A stretch of DNA of 64,000 bases from Epithemia pelagica (Eukaryota; Protista; Bacillariophyta). The notes beneath the pieces were generated by a model. The model made no database searches. It was not told the DNA's origin and saw only the letters and a program-made list of their open reading frames with translations. Of this stretch, positions 54,571 through 64,000 are shown piece by piece. A program made the position numbers and the translations under genes. The DNA lies in assembly GCA_946965045.2 (NCBI GenBank), contig OX337241.1, positions 1 through 64,000 of the forward strand, given 5' to 3'. Positions within the stretch are counted from its first letter, which is position 1. The number at the start of each line of letters is the position of its first letter.

Positions 54571-54732
54571 GCCTTCATATTGTGGTAGTCATTTTCCACT
54601 GGCCCGTTCGGTTTCTGGGAGAAACTCAAATGCCACAAAATCTTTCATGTTTCTCAGTGACTCAAAAACAAGTGCTTTGTGCTTTGTATGAGCAACCAGC
54701 AGCTATAGGCTCAACGCGTATCATTTTTCATC

Positions 54733-55413
54733 ATGGGTAATTCCGCTGCCAAAGAACTCCAAGAATCGCTCGTCCTCGTGGACGGAAGCATCGATGAATC
54801 TACGGGCATTGTTCCTTCCGTCGTGAGCAAGGAAGCCCTCGTTGCGAAGGGCAAAGGCAAATATTGGTCCACAAAGGCTGGTGAAAGTCTCTTCGTCCTG
54901 CATTCGAAGGGAATGATGAAATGCCATACTCTTGTCGAGACCCCTGACGGAGTCGTTGCGACCATTATCACGAAAAAGCTGGGTATGGCCTCCGCGACAT
55001 CGTACATTTGCAAGTCCGAACCCGCTTTTGACGGTCAAGATCCCTTGACCAGCGAAGAATTGAAAAAGTCTGGCATTGAAGAAGGCACCACACTTTATCC
55101 TGTTGGAGTGGTTAAAGTCAAGAAAACCATGACTGCCGGAACTGGCACTTACGGTATTGTTACCGGAACAGAAGACGGTGAACTTGTAACGAAGGAAATT
55201 TACACTGGCGAAAAAGCTTCTGCTATGAACTTTTATGCCACTTTCAAGGAAGGAGATAACGCTGTGGCCAAGGCATGTACCAAGGGTATGAGCATGAATC
55301 CTACCTTGGAAGTCAGCAAGGGAGTGGACATTTTGGCCATTGTTTGCATTGGCAACGGTCTTGCCGGTGATGGTTCTTCCGCAGGAGCCCTCGCTGGTGC
55401 TGGAGTTGTTTAA
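54733..55413 (+). CDS. LURP-one/Tubby C-terminal-like protein with possible N-myristoylation
   Basis: Intact 226-aa ORF starting MGNSAAK, beta-strand-rich, ending in the LEVSKGVDILAIVCI helix motif. Confidence 0.65.
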   Translation: MGNSAAKELQESLVLVDGSIDESTGIVPSVVSKEALVAKGKGKYWSTKAGESLFVLHSKGMMKCHTLVETPDGVVATIITKKLGMASATSYICKSEPAFDGQDPLTSEELKKSGIEEGTTLYPVGVVKVKKTMTAGTGTYGIVTGTEDGELVTKEIYTGEKASAMNFYATFKEGDNAVAKACTKGMSMNPTLEVSKGVDILAIVCIGNGLAGDGSSAGALAGAGVV

Positions 55414-56786
55414 ATGTGACAGCTATGATATTGAAAAAGAAAATACTTTTAAGGTTGTGAGGAGTGAGGAGGTTTCCAGGAGCCACCGAGAGAAGGAAAT
55501 CTCGGATTTTAGCTTTGAGCATTCTGTTAGAATCGTCAGAAAACGGCGCATTGCGCTATCAAAAATGCGCATTTGTAGCATTATTTTTTTAAAAAATAGC
55601 GCAAAAGCTGGTATTTTTAATTTTACATATATTTTATGGGCGTGATTGTATTTTTTGCCTAAATTGGGTAGACCAGTTGTTTTCATCTGCTATTTCGTTT
55701 ATGGATAATAACGCGCTTGTGGTAGCGATGGGACGGACACGGCGGGGGTTTGAGATGGGCATTTTGCGCTGTGTTGTGCATATTAACGCGCAAGCAAAGC
55801 AAGGCGCAACGCATACACATCTCTGCTCTTTTTTTTTTCCTGGCTCGTAACTCCCATCTCGAACCAAACTCTGCTTAAGAGGAACAATGAACACTGCAAT
55901 ACAACGTTCAAGAAAGCAAGAATCTTTTGATTTTGATGAGCGCGACACGTCCCAAGAAAAATATCACTTCACAATGCTGCACGATGCATTGATGTAAGGT
56001 TGTGTAGCAACTCATTTATCCGTAAGGGGCGTGTGTCATTCTACTTCGTGGACGTCTTATTTTACCTCGTGGTGTGATCCTGCGGTTGTTGTCTCCATTG
56101 TTTGCCAAAATCATTCTATTGTTGAGTCCAGATGTCGCTTGAGTGTTCATCTGACTATTCCACACGCAAAGCCTTGCATCTTCTCCAGCTGTCAGGAAGG
56201 TTGACGACGACAGTCTACTCCAAGAACGAACAACGCCTTTATGGCCACCACTAAGATGGTAGACTGGCTCGATGTCGGTTTCTCCTACCTGGAAAGGGCT
56301 TTTTCCACACTTTGTGCTTCGAAATTCCGTTGTGAAAAACTTCGATTATGGAGTGATGATTAAGACTGCGCGTGCATGGAAAAACCCATATTCGAAGTTC
56401 CTCCGAAATGGAATCTTGGTGTTTCAACTTCGATTTTGAGGAACTTCGAGTTTGATCATTAAGACAGCCTCTTAGTCCAATGGAGAATGCAAACGGTGCA
56501 TCACGCACGGAATTGAAAATGTAGTCTGTCCCTCTGATCGGTTTCAGAAAAATTGGTCCATCCAAAAATGGACAAAACATGAGCTGTGAACGCAGTGCAA
56601 TTTTTTTTTGCACATTGCACACGTACCGTATGGACAGTAATGGATAAACTTATCCCATTTCAAACAGTCATCACCGGTTTTCATCCAAAGACAAGCGTTG
56701 CATCGGATCGCCAGTCAAGTCAGGACTATTTTGACGAGGGAAATTGGGTTTTATGTGTTTCAACAACTAAGAGATGGATTGGTTGT

Positions 56787-57225
56787 GCAATGGATGTAGG
56801 TCCGCTGGTGGGTCCAGAGCTTGGGCTTGAAGTTGGACTCGACGTTGGACCGGAACTTGGAGCAGATGTGGGACCAGAGGTAGGCCCACTGGTAGGTCCT
56901 GATGTAGGAAGAGATGTTGGTCCACCGGTTGGTCCGGATGTTGGGCGACTTGTAGGTCCAGATGTTGGTCCAGATGTTGGCTCAGATGTTGGACCAGAAG
57001 TAGGTCCACTTGTGGGTCCCGATGTGGGTCCACTAGTAGGGCCAGATGTTGGGCCAGTTGTTGGTCCGGACGTAGGTTCACTTGTTGGACCACTTGTTGG
57101 GCCAGATGTTGGGCCACTGGTAGGTCCAGATGTAGGACCGCTGGTAGGTCCACTAGTAGGGCCAGAGGTAGGTTCACTGGTTGGGCCAGATGTAGGTCCA
57201 CTTGTAGGTCCGTCAGTAGGACCAC
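56787..57225 (-). repeat. 12-bp coding-type tandem repeat translating to (GPTS)n, a fragment of a PT-repeat extracellular protein
   Basis: About 36 units with wobble-position variation, which indicates protein-coding origin on the minus strand. No native N-terminus. Confidence 0.8.
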
Positions 57226-57643
57226 GATTGGAAGCAATGCCTTTTCGCACAGCAAAGCTCTAGCCAAGCTGAAACTTCCTTCAACTTTGCGAGAGATTTC
57301 GGAAAATGTCTTTTTCGAGTGCCTTGGTCTAACTTCAATTGACCTTCCAGTGGGTCTCCAAATGATTGGCGAATATGCGTTCTACAGCACAGGCTTACAG
57401 TCTCTAGAAGTCCCTCCTACGGTAAACAAAATAGGAGGAGGTGCGCTTTCAATGTGTCACAATTTGGAATCCATTGTGCTTCCACCAAAACTCCAAGTGA
57501 TTGAGCACAACCTTTTCTATGCTTGCCGCAAATTAGAAGAGATCAAGATTCCGGAAACAATAAAGGCCATTGGGTATTATGCTTTCTGTGGATGCTGGGT
57601 GTTGGAAAATTTGGATTTTTCGCTTTGTACTGTATGCATGACA
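57221..57643 (+). pseudogene. Fragment of a BspA-type (LRR_5) leucine-rich repeat gene, truncated at both ends
   Basis: TIGSNAFSHSKALAKLKLPSTLREISENVFFECLGLTSIDLPVGLQMIGEYAF...IPETIKAIGYYAFCGC. Bounded by the PT repeat on the left and duplicated segment A on the right. Confidence 0.85.
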
Positions 57644-58369
57644 AGACAGCAGAAAAGTTAAGTATTATAATCGGATTATTGTATCGGTTACGTAGCCCTT
57701 AAGCCTAGAAACTAGAAAGTAGAAAGTGCGCCTGATAACTGATAATATATAATATCCTTTGAAAACAGCTGGGATGACCATCAATCTTCAGCGTGTGAAG
57801 CTGCTTTGAGACTGAGACGGATCTACCCAGAGAAATAGCTCTGGAGAGGAAAGGTCAATTCTCAACTGGAAACTTAGAACTAGCACTAAGTATGATCTGA
57901 ATTGTCGATCCAGTCGTCTTTCGATCCTCTAGGGTTTCAGGTTTTCCAGATTCTATGATCAATTCTCAGTCCCACTTCTTGCCGAGTGACGAGTGACCAT
58001 TGATTCTAGGACTAAGGACTACCAATACTTGTGCCGAAAGTGCTCCGTCCCGTAATGAAACGTCAAAGTCACCCAATAAAAGAAAAAGACAATCCGTTTG
58101 CACCTTAGGCCTTGTTAGGCCCTATGCGAATTGGGATTTTCGTCTCGGTTCTCGAAGAGAGTTAAGAGTTTGCAGTTTGCCATTATTTGAGTCATGTGTG
58201 TGCGTGGGTCCCGAGCCCCTGAGCTACCTCTCCACCTCGACATTCGCATAATCTGACGGACTACTGCGTAGTGTTCCTGCTGCCTCTCTCTATGTCCATG
58301 GCAACAACAACAACAACAACAAGCATAAAAAGCTTTTCAAGGACTCTATATTCTGGAATGGTTGCTCTA
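57644..58369 (+). repeat. Duplicated segment A, second copy
   Basis: Matches 47397-48118. Confidence 0.95.
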
Positions 58370-58886
58370 GAAGTGCTTCTCGATTCTTGCTGGATGTCTC
58401 TTTCTTCAATTAATAACCAATCCAGAATGACCCTCACATCAGACACAACTCTGCTATTAGGAGGGAGTCATGATGCACTGGAAGACTTGTTCCTGGGGCT
58501 TTGGAATACTTTGACAGTGCTACTGGTGTGGCACATTGGGTGGTTGTCAGAGATTGAGAGCGAGGGAGATCCGTCCGCTTCGATTGCTATTTTTCGCGCT
58601 ATCCAGTCTACCTCATCCGCAAATACCGCAAATACGCCAAGGCGTCCTTGATGATCCAGAATCATGGTTCGATTTCGAAAGGAAATGTGTGTGGACGAGA
58701 GGAATTTGCACGACTCGGAAGAACGACCAACGAGTCCCACAAACGAAGGCCAATCGCTCGCGATTCTTCTCGCATTGCTCTCTCAACGCCAACAACAACA
58801 ACAACCAACGACGACAACGACGTCGCCTACTTGAACCTACCCAACAAAAGAAAAGAAGCAGTCAAGCAACAACAACAACAGTCATC

Positions 58887-60028
58887 ATGGGAAACAAAGT
58901 GAGCTTGGAAGAGAATATGATTGAATTGCGTTTGGTTTCCAAACAAATGGTAGGTCAAGTCGTTGTGGCTTGTGGCGCTGTTGTCGCTTTTGGTCGGTCG
59001 CAAGTCGTGCTTCTTCTTTATTTGAAATCGTTGTTGGTTTGAAGCAGAAAGAAAGGAGATATAATCGCCATGAGTGAGGAATCTTCCCCAATCAAGGACT
59101 TGTGGTCGTTTTTCATTGGCCTTTCTCGCTCTCTAGTGACTGACCATTCTATTTCTTTTCCTGAATTGTGCGCGTTTGGTTTGCCCCTTTCTGGCATTGC
59201 GACGTACCTTTCTTGGTGATACACCACTTTGGATCCGAAATGGTTAGGTTCGTTCTTCGAAAAAGTGCGAAAAGAATGAAAAGGCGGCCTTGGAAAAATT
59301 GAAAAAGGCGATTCAACAGGGCAATCACGAAGGGGCTCGCATTTATGGACAAGATGCCATTCGCGAAAAGAATCAGGCCCTCAATCATTTGCGCATGGCC
59401 AGTCGATTGGACGCCTGTTGCTCACGGATTGAAACTGCTGTGCGCATGAATCAAGTCTCGTCGGGTATGAAGGGTGTCGTCAAGGGAATGGACAAGTCCC
59501 TGGCCTCCATGAATATTGATCAATTGTCGGCCGTCATGGACAAATTTGAAGCCCAATTTGAAGATTTGGATGTCAAGGTATGTAGTTTGAGTATGGGTGA
59601 AGGTTGTGTTTGCTCTACTTTTGCGGATTTGGGACCAATGCTCACGTCACGGCTGCTATCTCGAATTTGTCGCTCCATTTCTGCTCTCATTGCACTGAAT
59701 TGTGTGCTGCCATATCTCTTGGATCCTTGTTGGCACTCGACACAACTATCTTCCTGATTCGACTGCTACCTCTACTGTAACTACTTTTGATTCAAAACAG
59801 ACGCAATATATGGAGGGTGCCATGAATGCGACAACAGCCACGTCCACTCCGGCCGAACAAGTGGACAGTTTAATCAATCGCGTTGCCGATGAAAACAATT
59901 TGGAATTGGGCGAAGCCTTTTCGCAAGCAGGACCTGTGGGCAAAAAGACACCGGAAATCTCTCAAAAAGAACCGGCCAAACCCGAAACGGAAGATTTGGA
60001 AGCCCGATTGGCCAATTTGCGATCGTAA
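58887..60028 (+). CDS. CHMP1: ESCRT-III protein CHMP1/Did2/Vps46; exons 58887-58949, 59248-59577, 59801-60028
   Basis: GT-AG introns join in frame. ARIYGQDAIREKNQALNHLRMASRLDA, MDKFEAQFEDLDV, STPAEQVDSLI, and C-terminal MIM DLEARLANLRS. Confidence 0.95.
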
Positions 60029-61012
60029 GCGACATGCTGGGGCGTATCGCTCGTCTACCGATATTATACTATAGACCTACACACACACAAAACACACAAC
60101 AAGGAGAAGCAAGCAAGGACTGAATCCGCAAGAGGATAGCGTCTTTGCATCACAAAAGGGTGATGCGATTGGATACAAAAGGATGAAAAGGATGGTAATT
60201 TCAATCATCGATCCGCAGGATACAAATTCTGCGAACTGTATATTTTCCCCTTGGAGGACAGGCCTTTGCATTCGGATTGAGTTTGTTCTCTGGTGTATTA
60301 TAGTCGTTGTTATTCCGTCCCATCTTGCTTCTCTGTTCCATTTGTATAGCTGCCAGGCGTGTAGTGGATCGTCAAACTGTGGTCCTCTCTTGTGTAGGAC
60401 CACTCACTCCATCCGTTTGTTTGAAATGTGAATGGAAGTTTGATGCTCCAATGCTTCCATACTTCCGTTGAACCTGTATTGTGTGTTGCCTTTGTTGGTC
60501 AAGAGATGGCACGAACGATGGTTCTTCGCCTTTCGAAAGCTATGATATCTTATTCCACTCCGTACAAGACATTCTTCCATTATTCTCTTTTGCCCGTGAG
60601 AAACCTGGACCGGTGGGGGAGAAAAACTCTCTCGAATCTCACCCAAAAACAAAGAGACCAAACCTGAAAGTCCACGAATGGATGTCCATCGTCAGCAGCA
60701 CCATTGGCACACACAAACACTCTCTCAAGTTTCGCCCGAACCATTGCAGTCCATTCACATGCTGGACCGCAAAATCATGGAGCTATCCCTCTTGGAAACA
60801 ATGGCAAGAGGACTGAGGATGGTGTCCATGAATGGTGACGGTTGTTGCCCGAACCCCCTGTTGGAGAAGTGGCTGCTGTTGTGTGATCCCATTCGTTTCG
60901 TTCCTCCAACCTTTGGTCGTAATGTTTGGTTGGACTCCACAGTCCGCCACACACCACCAGAAGGAGCAACGAGTGCTGCTGCACGAGAGAAAGGAACCAT
61001 TCCTTCCTTACG

Positions 61013-62233
61013 TCATTCCTTGTCCATGGTGGTAGTAGAAGAGCGGTCTGTCATAGTTGCGGCTCCTGTCTCCTTGTCGTCCTTGTTGTTGTCAGTTGGT
61101 GGTTGTTCTTCTTCTTGCTCTGGCTGCTTGGTCATGAAGGACGAGGATCGTTCTTCTTCTTCAAAGACGGTAAGAGTGTTGTTGGATGATACGGTTGGAG
61201 GAGGAGCACGAGTCTGGCGAGTTTGGGACGAGGAGGGAATGGACTCTGTCGTTCGGGCCCGTGGTTGGTTTCGTGTCATTCGGGGAAGCGGTGGTGGTAC
61301 AAAAGAAGGTAGTACTACAGAGGGAGTCGTGGAGGCAATGGAAGTGGTGCGTCGCAACGCACCACTCGCAGGAGGAGGAGTTGTACTTGTCCCAACAACC
61401 GGACAATTCGCAGTGTCATTCTTGGCGCTATTCGTAGACGGAGGAGGAGGACCAGCTACTGGCAGTGCTGGGATAGTGCTTGTGGTTGTACTTGCCCCAA
61501 GAACCGGACAAGTCTCAGTGTCCTTCGTGGTGCGATTCGTAGACTGAAGAGGTTGAGAAAAAGAAGAAGGAACAGAAGACGAGGCCGCAGAAGCAGCGGC
61601 CACGAGAACTGGATCCAGAGTGGTACTGGAGGAATGTCGTCGAAGCGAAGAAACAGAAGACGATGCATCAAATACTAACGACAAGGTGGAAGAAGAGGAT
61701 AGGGGTTGCTGTTGGTCTTGTTTGGAGGAAGGAGAGTCGTTCGAATGCTTCTTGTGTTCCAGGTCTGGATTCGTTTCTGCGTCCGGATGGTCCAGTGTTC
61801 CACCATTATTGTTTCTTCTTCTTTTTCTTCGTTTTCGTCGTCTTGCTGTTGGGGATGATATTTGTCGTTGATCTTGACGATACTTCCAAACGGCCAATGC
61901 CACGAGGCCCATACAGCACAGGAATAACAGACCCACCACTCCAAACGTTCGAGCCATGGTGGCCAATTCCCATCGTTGTTTGTCGTCGTGATCATGATCC
62001 TGCGTATCATGGTTGTTGCCATGAGCATGGGAATGCACATGCTCATGGCCGTCATGAACATGAGAATGAGAATTGCTGGAATCCTCCTCCTCCATTTTGT
62101 CGTCATCGTCGTTGTGCAGGGTGAGAAAGAGCAAGCGAAACTGTGAGGACCGCATTATCTTGGATAGCGAGAGAGTACGTAGTATCGTCAATACACTGGA
62201 AGTAAAGCCACACTGGGCCACACCAAACACCAA
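61013..62233 (-). CDS. Hypothetical membrane protein with His-rich segment and Pro/Ser/Thr-rich cytoplasmic tail
   Basis: 406-aa ORF. HSHVHDGHEHVHSHAH, TM segment FGVVGLLFLCCMGLVALAVW followed by KYR. 5' end uncertain. Confidence 0.55.
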   Translation of the reverse strand: MVFGVAQCGFTSSVLTILRTLSLSKIMRSSQFRLLFLTLHNDDDDKMEEEDSSNSHSHVHDGHEHVHSHAHGNNHDTQDHDHDDKQRWELATMARTFGVVGLLFLCCMGLVALAVWKYRQDQRQISSPTARRRKRRKRRRNNNGGTLDHPDAETNPDLEHKKHSNDSPSSKQDQQQPLSSSSTLSLVFDASSSVSSLRRHSSSTTLDPVLVAAASAASSSVPSSFSQPLQSTNRTTKDTETCPVLGASTTTSTIPALPVAGPPPPSTNSAKNDTANCPVVGTSTTPPPASGALRRTTSIASTTPSVVLPSFVPPPLPRMTRNQPRARTTESIPSSSQTRQTRAPPPTVSSNNTLTVFEEEERSSSFMTKQPEQEEEQPPTDNNKDDKETGAATMTDRSSTTTMDKE

Positions 62234-63446
62234 GGTCTACGAGCTAGCGACACCGTATTCGAATCGTCGTAACAGAGAGTGCACCTTTCCCAGTGTGTCT
62301 TTTTGCGTGATGCCGAGGATGATGGTGTCTTTGACCAATGTTCGCTGTTGTTTCTTCTTTTTATTATTAGTTTGTGTGTGGAAAACGAGAAATCTACACA
62401 GTGAGAAAGAAGACAGTGAGACGACTCTCTAATAGGATGTTGTGTTTGTGTTTGTGTTTTGTGTTGTTGATGGTGTGTCGATTGGTCCAACATACGTCTG
62501 AATTCCGATGGACACGCAGGCTGTTTTGCCGTTTCTCTCGAGTTTCTAGTTCCTCATTTTTTGTGCTAACAAATCTAAAGTCTAACTAAAAGGTCGACTT
62601 ACATTTGCATAGAGACAAAAAGTGATCGGTTCAATTATGTCTACGTCAAAGATCATAGAGGATGATAGATGAGACAGGTTCATGAGCTTGCTGCTGGCTT
62701 GCTACTAGCTGCTCCTAATAGTAGTAAGGTAGAGGGCTTCTGTTCTTCTCTCGCAACTCGGAACTCGGAATGGCGCGACGTTCCCAATTCCCACTGTTAT
62801 GAGTAATGAGTATGTTGTAATACTCCTATTTGCTATTATTGAAGTAGGTGAAAGACGCAGAGGCTTTTGTGTCGCAACATCAATTATGCCCAGACGGCGA
62901 ACAAAGAAAGAAAAAGAAGGTCCATGGAATGAGATCAGCTTCCGCGTCTGGATCGCGACTTGGAATGCGACCACTGCATCCGTCTGGAGGCCTAGTAGCC
63001 ACACTAGGGCTGCTAGAGGGAGGAATGTGTCCACAAACCAAAACGATACAGCGAGACGCACAAACACAACTCCTACTAGAATCATCACCATCCTCACGAT
63101 CCGCACATGGATCCTTGTCCAGAAAATGGCAGTGCCTTGGAATACAACGACAAGGTCCCTGTCAAAAATAATGATATCTCTGTGGTGCGTCCAACATGGC
63201 CACAACAACTTCGAACAACAGGACCCAATCGCGAGAGTCATTTAGATGCAGACGGAACGAGAACAAACGAGAGAGAATTATCACACAAGTTTCCAAAACC
63301 ATTCTTTTTACGAGATCCATTTGGATTGGTTCGTTTACGCTGTGTTTGGTGATTTGGGGGGTTTGGATACGGAACAGTGCACTTCCATTTCCTAGCATGA
63401 TCCTCCTCCGTTACCTCTTTTTTCCTCGAATCCGTCTGTTTTACAG

Positions 63447-63944
63447 TTACATTCGATCGGCTTGTACCTTTTCCAAAAGTTCTCCCAATTCACCACTTTG
63501 GTACATTTCAATCATGATATCGGATCCGCCAATAAATTCTCCATCAATATACAATTGGGGAATCGTCGGCCATTGCGAGTATTCTTTAATGCCTTGTCGA
63601 ATCGCTTCATCGCTCAAGACATCGACCGTTTCGTACGTGGTCGTGGAGGCCAACAAATTGTTGAGAATTTGAATGGCCGTATTGGAAAAGCCACATTGAG
63701 GAAATAATTTACTCCCCTTCATGAATAACAAAATGGGAGTTTCCGTCACCATGGTTTGAATGCGTTCTTGTGTCGCATCCGTGTCCACAATGTCGTCGTC
63801 GTCACTCAGCGGAGACGAGGCCAGAACCAGGCCTGCTGGTAGTCGAGAGGTCACGGTCGGAGCCATGACTCCAAACGCGGACACCACAGGGACTTGCGCA
63901 GCCACCACGAGCAAGATTCCCACCACAATGTACCGCCAACCCAT
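63447..63944 (-). CDS. Monothiol CGFS glutaredoxin (GrxD/GRXS14-like) with bipartite plastid-targeting presequence
   Basis: FMKGSKLFPQCGFS, IKEYSQWPTIPQLYIDGEFIGGSD. N-terminal hydrophobic signal ending VVSAF, then a Ser/Thr-rich transit-like stretch. Confidence 0.93.
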   Translation of the reverse strand: MGWRYIVVGILLVVAAQVPVVSAFGVMAPTVTSRLPAGLVLASSPLSDDDDIVDTDATQERIQTMVTETPILLFMKGSKLFPQCGFSNTAIQILNNLLASTTTYETVDVLSDEAIRQGIKEYSQWPTIPQLYIDGEFIGGSDIMIEMYQSGELGELLEKVQADRM

Positions 63945-64000
63945 GAATGTAAGTTGCATTTGGGACATGATCGAAACGGTTCTCCCTTTTTCTTTGGTGT

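Noticed and set aside
56586-57263. Plus-strand ORF of VGP(D/L) repeats as a collagen-like protein
   Set aside because: The period is four residues, not Gly-X-Y. It is the antisense reading of a (GPTS)n repeat.
47397-58369. A and A' as LTRs of a retrotransposon
   Set aside because: No TG...CA ends, PBS/PPT or gag/pol are present. The repeat is host intergenic sequence upstream of CHMP1.

Overview
This window is the left end of a eukaryotic chromosome, most likely a diatom or related stramenopile (inferred from a signal peptide plus SAF plastid-targeting motif, compact genes with short introns, and the gene families present). It opens with a (CCCTAA)n telomere (1-589). Next is a subtelomeric gene transcribed toward the telomere that has zinc fingers and a motif pattern like the tyrosine-recombinase-type region of fungal telomere-linked helicase proteins. 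It is cut off by a partial copy of itself, and a block of tandem repeats lies upstream. The middle holds mostly host genes: two IQ/coiled-coil paralogs, an LRR protein, a HotDog thioesterase, a MIT/USP8-like protein with a putative Cys-His-Asp domain, a GBF1-type Sec7 ARF-GEF, and two TPR-like paralogs. It also holds a complete 2.14-kb PIF/Harbinger transposon (TTA TSD, two divergent spliced genes) and a 346-bp MITE. The most notable feature is a 5.36-kb element with 20-bp TIRs (48118-53474). It encodes a Mutator (MULE)/SWIM transposase and, convergently, a TET/JBP-like Fe(II) dioxygenase (HxD...H) that appears to lack the canonical 2-oxoglutarate-binding Arg. This element lies in a duplicated copy of the CHMP1 upstream region and is followed by a 3.8-kb mosaic: a highly structured repeat, an intact LURP/Tubby-like gene, PT repeats and a BspA-LRR fragment. 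CHMP1 and a plastid-type CGFS glutaredoxin follow. Coordinates were counted by eye and may be off by a few bases. Family assignments are motif recognition, not database results.
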